A stretch of DNA of 64,000 bases from Octopus vulgaris. Lineage: Eukaryota. The translations under genes were made by a program, and so were the position numbers. Under the pieces are notes generated by a model. That model did not search any database, was not told the DNA's origin, and saw only the letters and a list, made by a program, of their open reading frames with translations. Below, one piece after another: positions 52,067-64,000 of the stretch (position 1 is the first letter of the stretch; each line of letters starts with the position of its first letter). The stretch lies in NCBI GenBank assembly GCA_951406725.2, contig OX597832.1, positions 2,232,001-2,296,000 of the forward strand, in the 5' to 3' direction.

Positions 52067-55000
52067 GTACGTTTTTTAATATTAAATTATTTTCTACATT
52101 CCATTCCTGTATTTGTACAAAATTTGAAGGACATAAAGCCAATAAGGTACCTAACAAGCTAGTGTTTTTCTATATCATAATATTCCTTCTTTAATTTCTC
52201 AGCTGTTATAATTGGTAATTTTCATTGTTTATTCCTTTTTGTCTTCCAGTGAATCTTGACTCTGCTGAAAATTCTGATATATTCAATGAAATGCCAAGTT
52301 TGGACCAGGAGGCAAGTAAATCAGGTAAAAAAAAAATATTGAAAGTTATATACAACATCAAATTATTTAGGGTCCAGCTTAATGTAATGGTGATTTAATT
52401 ATTCAGGGTATCAAGGATGTGTGTTTTGTGATGTTTAGAATCTTTAAATATATGCTAAAGATTCTTTAAAAGAAGTTTGACTTTTTATATATAATGACTA
52501 TAACAACAGCACTAATTTTTGTATGCTATGATGTTGAATTGTGGTTAGTGTTTAGGTAAGGAACATGTTCTATATAGCAACAATATTAACTTATATATAT
52601 TCTAATCTGAGTTTTAGGTTAGTGTCTAGGTATGGAATATATGCAATTTAGTAATAATACTGACTTTATATTCTAATAGGTATTGTAATACCCCAAAAAG
52701 TCCTTAAAGGTTATATATTAAAATTTTTTTACAAATCTGAAACTAGAAGTCTTTTAAACATATTTCCCTTCTGGTTATAATAGCAACAAAATTCAATTTG
52801 TTTTTGACCTATTTCTTTCCTGCTCGTTTTTCCTGTAAGTGATTAGCTATGATAGTTTAAAACAGAATATTAACAGCATTAAGCTCACCAGTCTCAAAGG
52901 ATTGGCAAAGCAAGTTCTCTTCATAAGCTCTATGTTTTATACTAACTAATCCTTAGGCTTATATATTTTTTGACTATAAAAATACATTGCAATATTCTTA
53001 ACATTTTCAGACTTTGAGTTGCTACCTTCAATTGGACCTCTGCACCGAAATCCAAAAGATATTGAAAGTAAGTATTTATTAGTAATCTACAAGTTGCTTT
53101 CAACTTGCAAATTAGAAATTCATAATTTACATAAAATACTCTGCAATTACTGAAGTATTGCTATTGAAAAATGTTGAAAATCTTCACTATGCTAAAGAAA
53201 CAGCAATTTTATTAAATGTTTTCATTTTGTAAAACCTTTGCCCCATTCATCAGCCATCTGTCCATTCTTCAACAACTTCATGTTCCTTCTATACTTGTGT
53301 TACCAGCAGTGGTGTTGTCCATACATAGCTATGTTCATTAAAGGCAGCCTGTAATGTTACATGATATAATCACTTTATTTTTAACAGAAAAGTTCTGAGA
53401 GTCATAGTCTTCCTGACAATTTCTTTCCGTACACTTTTGTTAGTATATAGAGCATTTCACAATTATTAATGTTAAAATATTTATTGAATTTTGTGATGTT
53501 TCTTCAGCTTTGTGGGAGGTTTTATTTTACTTATATTTTTATATTATTTTATTATACTTATACCCTGTATGTATATAATTTCATATTTTTAATACAGTTT
53601 ATTTTGTCATTCAATTTATTTATCAAGCATTCTATAATTCAAAATTTACTTTGAGTTCCTTGATGAAGAAGACATCAACAGAATAGGTTATCAAATATCT
53701 AAAGCAGTTGTTTTATAGTAAAAGCCTTTGTAATGTAGTACCTTAGTGGTCATTTACCTGCACATGAGTTTTAACATGAGTACATAAACTTAACCAAATA
53801 GTAAGGTGGATTAAGATCATTGTGGCTTGGGTCTAAGTCCAAATACTAGAGTGGCTTTTATCTCTCACTACCTTTTCAAGGCCCTCTAGGGTAATTTGAT
53901 TGCACAATTGCAAGCTAGCAAAGTACTTGTCACTTTCACAGTACTTTTGTATTTAACCCACCATATCCATTTACTTTGAGGTAGATTTAGCCATTTAAGA
54001 GATAAGTCTTTACTATGGTAACAGAATACAAGCTGCTGACCTCCTCTAATTGTTTCTATAATCCAGTTGCCTCAGCAAATTACTAGTAACTACTACACAT
54101 ACTGTAGCTGATAGTTTATCATTATTTTTGACTAAAGCCTTAAAGCTCTTTGATGGTGATGCTAAATAATTTCTTAGACATCAGCCTCATCATCAAATTT
54201 AAAAGGATGTGTTATTATAATCATTTCTAACATACACAAAATACTGAAGGATTTTTCAGCAACAAGAAATTTTAAATGATGCTCAAACATTTATCTAAAG
54301 CATTGAGACTGACAGACATAACTGAAATGAATAGAAAGTCTTTGGATTCAGTTCATCAGAAGTTTCTCTATTGAAAGACCATAATAATGACAATAATAAT
54401 AATAATAATCCTTTCTACTATAGGCACAAGGCCTGAAAATTGTGGGGAGGGAGTAAGTCGATCACATCGATCCCAGGACTTAACTGATACTTAATTTATC
54501 GACCCCCAAAGGGCTGAAATGGAAAGTCGATCTCGACAATGTAATAATAATATCTATCAAAAAATCATTAACTGATAAGAACAGAAACTATTTTTGAGTG
54601 CACAAAAGGAAATCTCTCTTGTCTTTTTCCTTTTTGTTTTTTAAATGTTTATGACTTAGAAATTTTGTCTGTTCTGATTGTATATTTTAGATGTTTGTGT
54701 GTATGTAGTTTTTGATATTTATCATTTAACATTTTTTCTAAATTTAGGCCCTTCAGCTTCAAATGGATGTTGTGGTTTTTATAACTTGGGAAACACTTGT
54801 TTCATGAATGCAGGACTTCAATGTTTATTTTGCAATATGCATCTTGTTAAATATTTCCATGAACAATTTGTGTTTGATGATCTAACCAAAGATACACTTA
54901 CTGGGAAATTTTGTCAGTTAGTTAGGAAAGTATGGAGTGGACATTTTTCACTTATCCATCCTTTGGACTTCAAAAATACACTTGGAATGTATTATCCTCA

Positions 55001-58000
55001 ATTCCAAGATTTCAGACAGGTATGTTTACTATTGCATTTTTCTGTACTTTATTCTATTTGTTGAAGCAGTTTTTCATTTCTTTAGTTTAATAAGATATCA
55101 AAAAATAATACTTTACAATCTTCCCACTAATGTCCCATGTTCTTTAAGCAGTATTTACAGATCTAGAAACTGTTTAATCCTTTAGCATTTAATCTGGCCA
55201 TATCAGCCCAAATATTCTACCTGCTTTATATTAAAAATGACCAGTTCCAACCTCTCACACCTACCCTACAATGTCATTCTAAAAATGTACAAACACACCA
55301 TTGAAATCCTGAAGCTACCAGATAAGGCATGATTAATTGCAAATGATTTGAATAAATAAGCATTGCTTTTGACAGAATAATGTGAATGCTAAAAAGTTAA
55401 ACTTATTTGATAAATTATTCAAATGTCCCAAAAGTAACAATCTTTTATCTATCAATCAGTAGTCTATCATTGAATACTTATTTGATTAATTCCCATTTGT
55501 CCACCTGCTAAGTTATGGGACATATAGGAACAGAACATTAACAACAATGGTTCTTATACTAGTGTAAACATAAACACAGGCGCTCACACACATGATAATC
55601 AATTTTTTTTTCCTAATTTCAATAAATAATTATTTAATTTTTTCTTAATTTATAAATATATTTAAAAACTCTACCACCCCTGTACATCATTCCCTACATT
55701 CATACCTATCCCTAACTGTCTTTCACTCTCCCTATACATTCTTGCAACCATCTTGTTCATCTGCTCATCTCCTTGTACTTTAAGAGTACTCACTGACACG
55801 TCGCCACCACCATTTTTCTCTCTTTTTCCAGCTCCTCCCCAATTACTCCCATCCTAATATAATGTGATGCAGCCATGTGTCTCTTCTACAGTATGAAATG
55901 AGTTCCTGTACCTTTGGTGATACTTTAACATTTCAACACTTAGCATAAAGTTCTTTCCTTCTCTTACTTTACTCCCACACCATCAAAGAGGTACTCTTTA
56001 CTCTTGTGAATTACATGGTGACCTCACTGGTGCTGGTACTTTGAAAAAAAGTACTCTGTAAATTGCTGAGTGCTAGGAAAGACATCCAGCCTTAGAAATC
56101 ATGCAAAAGCAAATTAATTAGAGCATGGTGCAGTTCTTTAATTCATCAGATCCTGTCAAGCCATCCAACCCAGACCATCATGGAAGACAGGTGTTAAAAA
56201 TGATAATGATTATCATCATCTAAAAAATATCTCCTTTGATTTACATATCATCTTGCACAGTGACATGTGGAAGTAATTGACAATATGAACTGAGGAACAC
56301 ACACACACACACACATGTACCCACATGCACGTACCAAATTTCATTCACAATGTAATGGTCATACTGACTTCACAGTAGAAGGCACTTGCCTATGGTGGCA
56401 AGCAGCAAAATTGATCTTGGAACTGTGTGGTTATGAAATGAACTCGTTAATGATGAGTATGCATGTCCTTGTGCGTCTGTGTAATTTTAGATATATGTGT
56501 AAGGTGCTGACTTGGCTGTGTAGTTAAAAAGTTTGCTTCCCAACCATATGGTTTCAGATTCATTCCAAATAAGCTGCACCTTGTGCAAATGTTACACATT
56601 CTGGCAGGCTGTCCCTATGAGAGATATTGTTCTTACTTTTGTCAACAAATCTTTTCCTGTAAGTGATAGCTATGATATTCTTTAATGTGAAGATGCTTTT
56701 TGAAAACAACTTGGGTATGAACAACAAAGGTGAAAACTACTATATTCATCCAATCTTGTATGTTTGTTTTTCTTCTTTTTTGGTGGGAAGAAGGGCTTTT
56801 ATGTTGTTTTTTTTTGTTTTTTAGAGTTTTTTTTTCATAGAAGCTCAACTGATACTATTCACTGCATATTTTATGTTATCTTTACATTACAGTAACACAA
56901 TGATTGATGCACAAATCAGAACCATAACAATAATAATGAATTCTAATACACATCTTAGAGTATGCATGCAAAATATACTAGGAAATACCAGTATTATCAA
57001 AATAAATTCAATTTTATCCCATGCATTGAACACTGTTACTACAATGTACTAACAATGGAATCATCAAGTTAAAATATTTCTTATATGTAGTGGGAGGAGT
57101 GAGAGACACTGATGTACACATATATAACATCTTGAGGTTATTTATGTCTATAATGAAGTGTGGTTGATGAATTAATGTTATGTCTCTGTAAAGCATAATA
57201 TTTATGTGAAAGCTTTAATGAAATGACAAACCTAAAATATAACATTGTCTATGATAAAGGAAAAAAATTGTTTTTTGAGACCCACTGAGCTAAATTTCCT
57301 TATTGTTTATGGAATATCATCAATATGCTTCTGTTAATTTTTATATTTTATGTTAACTAATGAAGTTTTGGTTTTCTTTCTATTTCAGCATGACTGCCAA
57401 GAATTTGTTACATTGCTTTTAGATAATCTTCATGAATCACTAAATAATGTGTGCTGTAACAACAGGAATATTTTTCAAAATCCACTGCCTACCTCTGATT
57501 TTGTTAAACCACAAGGCTATCCACTTGTTGATGATGCCGTTACATCAAGTGTAGTAGCCCTCTCATCTTTTTCTTCAACAGTGCCTTCATCATGTCAAAG
57601 TACTGCTGAAGGAACTAAAGTATTGTCATCAGGATTACAGCTTCAAAACCAGAACAACAGCCATGTATCAAGTTCTCAGATAGATATACATCGAACAACC
57701 GAGTGCAATTCATTATCAAAAAACCCAACAAAACTGTCCATGGGTAACACTATCATTTATCAAAACTGTAATAGCAGCCTGAAGAAACCATTTCATTTCA
57801 CTGAAAACCAGTTGTACACGGAGAGTAACAATACCAACTCAGCTTCACTAACCATCAACCACAGTAATACTAGTCATGAACAAGAACTAGTAGCTAGTAG
57901 TTGCAGTACTGAGGTAACCTCTGTTTGTAGTGAACTCAGTACTGACAAAGGTAAAGCGCAAATCTCTTCATTACGCAACTTTGAAAGGTCTCCTAACAAA

Positions 58001-61000
58001 GACACTAATAAAATGCTTACAGTTGAGAGTCGTGTTAGCTCCTCAACACAGCCATTGCGTTGCGCTGCCAACAGTAGCAGTGAAGAAGCAACTGTCATCA
58101 ACAGAAGGGCAATCAATTTTGCAAGTAACAACCAATCTTTAATGCAACCTTGCTCTCAACCAACTGCTGTGCAATTTAATGATCAATCTTTTGTCGACAG
58201 CACTAATGTTAATGGAGAGTCAACCACAACACTAGCCCTTGGTCTCAAATGTCTACCAAGTCTGGAGGATTTCTATGCCAAAGAAACAAAAACTCTCAAT
58301 ACTAATATGCTAGCTTCAGAATCTGAGGAACAAATCAAGACTGATTCAGAAAAGTTTATAAAATCTGATAATCGAATTCGGGGAAATCCTGAAAATTGTG
58401 ATAACAATATAGAACAAATCATTGGAGCTGAGGCTGCTAAAGCTGAGCTTGCCCCTGGCATAGAAAAGCTAAAAGACATTAATATTAGACTTGATAAGAA
58501 AACAAGGTGTCACCAAAACTACCCTTGCACATCGGGACTTCCCTATGAAGATTGGTCTAATATTAACAATATAAAAAGAATCAAAATAGAGTCAGATGTT
58601 GATGAGAAAAACATGAAGAGGCAAGCTCTTCAAAAGTTTAACTTGGAACAAAGCACATTGAGAAGTGACGAAGTAATGACTACACCAAGCTGCTCTGTGA
58701 CTTTAGAAGATGATGATGAAGAAGAAGAGGAAGAGGAGCGAGATGAGGATGATGAAGAAGAAGAAGCAATGAGTGGTGGAGAAGAGTCAGTCATAGAAAG
58801 ACAGGATTCTGAGTGGCTGGAAGAAAAGCAGGCCAGTAAACATCAAAGTTCTAATGAAATCAACAGAAATTTACCACTGGCAGAACATTGCAGGCTGAAA
58901 GAAGGCCTCACTGCTGCTGATGTAGATGCTGCTAATCTTTCTTGGGAAAGCCATTTAGTCAAGAATAACAGTATTGTGGTCAGTACATTCCATGGACAAT
59001 TCAAAAATACTGTAAGTTCTCTTAAAGTTACTATTTTATCATATTTTTACCTTCTGTTTTAAAATTTGGTGGAGTGATGGAATATATCATTATTGCAAAT
59101 GTATAATCAGTTACATTACTGAAGTAAGGCTCTCAAGCTACCTACATACTTAGAAGAAAACTAGGCAGTGTTTTAAATTGAAACGTTAACCCTTTAGCAT
59201 TTAAACCAGCCAAATCTGGCCAAAATATTCTACCTTTTTATGTTCAAACTGACCAGATCCAGCCTCTCACGCCAACCCTACAGTGTCATTCCAAAACTAA
59301 ACAATCACAACATTGAGTTCTCAAAGCTATAAGATAGTGCATGATTTATTCAAAATGATGTGAATAAATGGGCAGAACACTTGACAGAGTAATCTGGATG
59401 CTAAAGGGCTAAAGAGAACCCAGTAATAATAGTAAATGGTAATGGTGATTATTATTATTTCCCTTATTGGTCACAAGGGCCAAAAATATCGAAGACTCTA
59501 AAAAAGAAAAACAAGCTTTTAGATCAAGTAAAAAGAAGGGAAAATCAATAAAAAGCATTAGGTAACAAAATTTTAACAAAGAGGGCTTCCCTATTGTTTG
59601 AGAAAACATTGTGTAATTTGAGAGGAAACCCACCAAAGTCCAAGATTGCTCTACCACATCAAGCTCACAAAGTAACCTCTCCCAGCTGTCCTTTACAGTC
59701 ACATTATCAGGGTAGACCAATTTAGCTCCATCAGTCAACTGCTGTCACCCACCTTATATGAAATACACAACTAAGGGGCATTTTCCTCTTCAAGCAGTAC
59801 TTGATGAGAATTTAAATAGAGAGGAAGAGCCTAGTCCTCAACCATTCTATCTTTGTCTTCCATGTCATAGCCATCAAGTAGAGGAAAAGTAACCTCTTTT
59901 TTTTGTCAAAGAAAGGCAGCAAGACCTATCTTCACACACATATATACCATGTCACAGTAACTGAAAATTACATGCATCTCATAAAGGTTTCACCACTGTC
60001 GCTTCAGTAAATGTAGAGCATATCCCAAGTAAGCAATGTTCCCTTGTAGCACTGCCAGGCTGAGAACTTTTGGAAATTATCTACAATCCCCAATTTGAAA
60101 GTCTTCCAAAAGAGACTGCTCAGATTGTTTTCTTCAATGCCCTAATCAATCCCAGATTATCATTGCTCATGTTCTCCACTAAACTTTATGAAATGCAAGT
60201 GTTCACTTTTCACTGTCCACATTGTCTAGCTGGTAGAGGGCAGTGCATACTTGGCATTAAGCTGCAGAAAGATGTGCCACATGAAAATGGCTCCACTCCA
60301 AAAGCATTCGAAAGAAAAAAAGAGGTGATACTCTTGATGCATGGTATGAAACTACCAAGAGGTAGTTGCTCAGTTGTACAATCATACAGATTCCACTATA
60401 AATTGTAGTAGGACAGCCACTAAGTAATGATGGCTTCTTCTGACATAAGCTTTTGATGTATCCAAAATAATCAATGTCCTATTGAAGCTAGACCTATTCT
60501 AAATCTATTCTACAATATACCACGTGAAGTGGAGGTTGTGATAGATTTGACCGTAATTGCAAAGTTTGTACATGACTGACAACAAGCACCAGCATGTTTA
60601 CCACCTTCACCAAAATCTTCAAGTCCATGTTTAGCAGAGTTATGAACCTTAAGTTGTCTATTAGGCTCTCCCTGTTCAAATCCTTCCTAAGCACTGTCAT
60701 CATTCACTGGTTCACATAACTGGGAATGCTTTAAATCTGCTTCCAGCAGTGGAACATTCTGCTTGGATATCTCAAGGAAATTCATAACTCTGAATTATTT
60801 AAAAGAAACACAAAAACCATTACAAGTTACCAAATTAGGAATTTGGTTTCAAATTATTTTTCATATTGTGAGGACCCTGGTTGAAATAAATTCATAGTTA
60901 CCTATGCTACTTGATTTTTACAATTTTTCCTTAAGTCATTGTATGATTGTGTTTTATATTATTCATCTACATAAATTTGTGCATGAGATTTTGAATGATA

Positions 61001-64000
61001 AGCCTAGGTCTCAAAATTAAACCCTTTAACTGTTCAGCAAATGAACCTAATAATGTGTCGCAACTTCAGTATGATACTTCTTCTTCTTAATCCTTTTTGC
61101 TCCTTGTGGGACACAGGGCCTCAACAGTTGTTTTCCACTTTTTGAGGTCATTGGCGTGTTTCTTGGCTGCTTCCCATGTCAGGCCGGTGGTCCTGAGCTC
61201 ATCCAAAATGCTTTGCTTCCATGTCTGCTTCGGATGTCCTCGCTTCCTTTTCCCCTTCAGGTTCCAGTTAAGTGCTTGTCGTGTCACATTTGAGGATTCT
61301 TTCTGCGGTCTGTGTCCGATCCATCTCCATTTCCTTCATCTAATCCAAACATGTATGAGCTCCTGGTTGGCCCTTTCCCACAGGTTGGTGTTTGGCACTC
61401 TGTCGAACAACTTCAGATGGAGGATCTGCTGGAGACATTTGTTGATGAAGGTCTGGTATGATACTTAGGTCTTGATAAAACTATTTCATACTTAAGAAAC
61501 TATTCACTCCAACCTGAGATACTGGGAATAATGGTACCAATCTGACCAGGAAAACCTTAAAATACTTGTTGGACTAGACGCAAAGCCAACTTTTACAATG
61601 ATGGATTATAGTTGACTGAATTAACATTAGTACACTACTGCTCATAATTTATCAATACCAAATTAATAAATGGTAAAGTTAATCTTAGCAATCTTATTGA
61701 AAATTATAATTTCTTATATTAAATTGCGCAGTTATATATGTAGTAAAATGTTTTCTTTAATCTGATGTCTCTAAACTTCAGGTGATCTGCTCTGAGTGTT
61801 GCCATGTATCTGTAACTTATGAGCCTTTTATGTATTTGTCAGTACCAATACCTCATGCTATGGAACGCCAACTCTGTGAGTTTACATAACTTAATTTTCT
61901 TGTTTTAACTTTTAAAAGCATTAGAATTTGTTATTGCTCTTTTAAACTGTTACAGTACTGGCTAACAATTGTTCTTTATCAAAACTAGAATGATCTTTTC
62001 CTAACATCAAATTCTTAAGTGACTTATTTACATCTTTGTAAAATGGATCACTGAAAGCTATCTTTGCCAGAAACATACAGCTCTGCTGGTGTAATTAGAA
62101 CCATCAGTCAGTAATCAAAAATCCTATGTACATAATCACAATATAGATTTTGATATCTATTTTGAATATGTCGTGGTATTTCAGTGATGGTACCCTAAAG
62201 TGGTCTCTTATTCTTCTTTACTGCTACATATCAAGATTAATGGGAAATGGGACAATAAATGTTTATATTTTGCCTAAAATGTTTAGACACAAATGTAGTG
62301 AAAATAACTGCTGGGTGTTGAACCCTTTTGTTGCATATTTCTGTTGAAAATACTGCCTTTGTTTCAATTAATTTTGATTATTAATCCTGTGGTTGAAACA
62401 TAAATTAATACAAAATTTTGATAGTAATTATTAAGTAAGTATTAAGTTGGATCACTTCAAGACAGAACGTTTGTATTGCAGTCTCAGTTAGTTTAGAATC
62501 AATGCAGATTCTGACAAACTGTTTACCATCTCACTGATGTTTGTCATAATTACAGTTAGACCTTCCAGCCATCTTTGACTTTTTAAAGATATTCTTTTAT
62601 ATACAGTTTATTTCTTTTAGATTAAATGGGCAGTGAATAGAAAAGTTTTGAGCATGGGATGAAGGTCAATATACACTGCTGAGTTTAAATTATATAAATA
62701 ATTACAATAGCATGGTAAGAGTTAGCAACAAATTCAGCAAGGAATTTAGTGTGCAGGTAGGTGTCTATCAGAACTCAAATCTCAGCATCCTCCAGGCAAT
62801 AATAAATGAGTTTGAAACCAGCTGTCTGTCAGAGCTTCTGTATGTTGTTGACTTAGTTCTCTGTCAAAACTTTTTTTTTTTTAATTCGAAACATGGAAGT
62901 AAAATTAGAACCAAAATGTCTACAAGTAAACCTCATAAAGATGGAACTTTTAAGGAATAGAAAAGAAAACAGGACTCAACTGCCATCTGGAAAACAGCCA
63001 TTATCAGTATACAGGAAAGTAGTCTGTAGGAATTATATATGGTTTACTGTATGTAAACTATGGGGTGCAGGAGTGGTTAGCTATAAGAGTATCCATCTAA
63101 TAAATTGTTTGAAATGCCTGGAAGGCTCCCTAGAAGTAGTTGATAGTTTCTTTTACTGAGGTGACTTAACTCTTTCGTTACTGTATTTATTTTGAGATGC
63201 TCTGTGTTTCTTTCAATTACTTTAAATATAACAAAGAATTTAGTAAAGTAACTTAGTTACCATTCAGCTAGTATTAGGAACATAAATTGTGACTAAGGTT
63301 TGGTGGAAGATTTTAATTCAAAACTTATGAAAACAAGACATTTGTACTCAGAGCCAGAGCTGGCTTCAGCCAGCTTGGTAATGAAAGGGTTAAGTAGCAA
63401 TGGAGGTGTGTGTTAAAAAGCATAAGCCTGAAAAAGTTCAGGAAACTCTTAACTCTCATAGAAATAAAGGAATTATTACTCCATGTGAAGGATAGATTGT
63501 ATGACACATGCCTATGAAGTGCAATGCTGCATAACAAAACAAACATTAAAAGCCAGGGGCAGGGGATGCGTGACAGCTGAAAAGAAATTAGGTGTACCCA
63601 TTGGATGTATATTGTTAATGCACAAATAAACTGTGGAAAACTAGGTGTAAGAAGAATCTTGTAGTATACTTGAGTTGTAGATTGAACTAGTACAAATATG
63701 AGATGTATATGGAGGACAAACAGTTGAGTGAAGTGCCTTAGTGTTTTCTTAATTTATGTCATTGAGTTCATACCATACTATAAAATCAAGATAACAGCAA
63801 GAAACTAGGATATTATTTCTCATAACTCACTCTAGTCTTTTTAGATTCTGTTTGTCTTGAATCGGTGCTCTTTATTCTCTATTATCCATGTTCATGTTCA
63901 GAAATTTGTCTAAGACTTGGCTGAAATTGTTTTTCAGGTGTTATATTTATCACACAAACCCGTACTATTCCGCCCATACGGTATCTCTTAAAACTGCACA
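51958..64000 (+). CDS. Ubiquitin carboxyl-terminal hydrolase (USP, peptidase C19), USP4/11/15-like catalytic core; 3' end outside the window
   Basis: Exons 51958-52066, 52250-52324, 53011-53067, 54748-55019, 57389-59011, 61782-61875, 63938->64000 splice in frame with GT-AG. Cys box [70 protein letters not shown]. The three short N-terminal exons rest on splice signals and phase only. Confidence 0.9.
52250..52324 (+). CDS. USP gene coding exon 2
   Basis: cttccag|TG AAT CTT GAC...TCA G|gtaaaa; open in phase 1-1. Confidence 0.7.
53011..53067 (+). CDS. USP gene coding exon 3
   Basis: ttttcag|AC TTT GAG TTG...GAA A|gtaagt; phase 1-1; FELLPSIGPLHRNPKDIE. Confidence 0.7.
54748..55019 (+). CDS. USP exon with catalytic Cys box
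   Basis: [21 protein letters not shown]...FQDFRQ|gtatgt. Confidence 0.95.
55178..55396. mobile_element. piggyBac-type MITE (same family as 59190-59408)
   Basis: TTAA|TCCTTTAGCAT ... ATGCTAAAAAG|TTAA; shared internal sequence (aaatattctacct, cctctcac, accctaca, gtcattc). Confidence 0.72.
57389..59011 (+). CDS. USP large exon (541 codons): Asp box, long low-complexity insertion, start of next box
   Basis: ttcag|[19 protein letters not shown] ... [24 protein letters not shown]|gtaagt; ORF 57350..59062. Confidence 0.95.
59190..59408. mobile_element. piggyBac-type MITE (CCCTTTAGCAT TIR)
   Basis: TTAA|CCCTTTAGCAT ... ATGCTAAAGGG|CTAA; body similar to 55178-55396. Confidence 0.75.
59445..60770 (-). 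mobile_element. Decayed L1/Tx1-like LINE fragment
   Basis: NLRFITLLNMDLKILVKV (cf. RPISLLN.D.KILAK); the rest is heavily decayed. Confidence 0.55.
61077..61468 (-). mobile_element. RTE (BovB-like) LINE 3' end
   Basis: KWRWIGH, TRQALNWNLKGKRKRGHPKQTW, VEALCP; (GAA)n tail. Confidence 0.85.
61782..61875 (+). CDS. USP exon (zinc-ribbon CxxC)
   Basis: cag|[31 protein letters not shown]|gtgagt. Confidence 0.93.
62625..63720 (+). mobile_element. Decayed RTE LINE fragment interrupted by a MITE
   Basis: FSVQVGVYQ, ELLYVVDL, LEVVDSF, RLYDTCL. Confidence 0.7.
63170..63389. mobile_element. piggyBac-type MITE nested in an RTE LINE fragment
   Basis: TTAA|CTCTTTCGTTAC ... GTAATGAAAGGG|TTAA; TIRs similar to 17166-18204. 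Confidence 0.8.
63938..64000 (+). CDS. USP exon, truncated by the window end
   Basis: ttttcag|(C)VIFITQTRTIPPIRYLLKLH; phase matches the previous exon; resembles the start of the internal UBL of USP4/15. Confidence 0.8.

Noticed and set aside
53388-53428. Possible extra USP exon after ttaacag
   Set aside because: Hits a TGA in the required phase and has a weak donor; 53067 joins 54748 in frame without it.

Overview
AT-rich, microsatellite- and transposon-dense eukaryotic DNA. The repeat families resemble those of a cephalopod (Octopus-like) genome; this is inference, not checked. Two spliced protein-coding genes lie head-to-head. ASCC1 is on the minus strand: 7 coding exons, 23716->6122, ~350 aa, KH domain plus a 2H-phosphoesterase domain with HLT/HAT motifs. 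A ubiquitin-specific protease (peptidase C19) is on the plus strand from 51958 to past the window end. It has a USP4/11/15-like catalytic core, no N-terminal DUSP/UBL and a ~490-aa single-exon insertion. Introns and the intergenic space contain a decayed Helitron with an intact 3' hairpin/CTAG end, a deleted piggyBac with TTAA-flanked MITEs, Tc1, hAT and Chapaev-like relics, two Penelope-like (GIY-YIG) relics, and many RTE/CR1/L1-type LINE fragments and SINEs. The most notable non-coding signal is a young non-coding element at ~46245-47250 with a 462-bp period, arranged as an inverted copy plus a partial tandem. It carries two intact-looking type I hammerhead ribozymes on opposite strands (retrozyme / Penelope pseudo-LTR-like). 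Further variant or decayed hammerheads occur elsewhere, one next to a tRNA-like Pol III cassette. All coordinates were read by eye; repeat boundaries are approximate.
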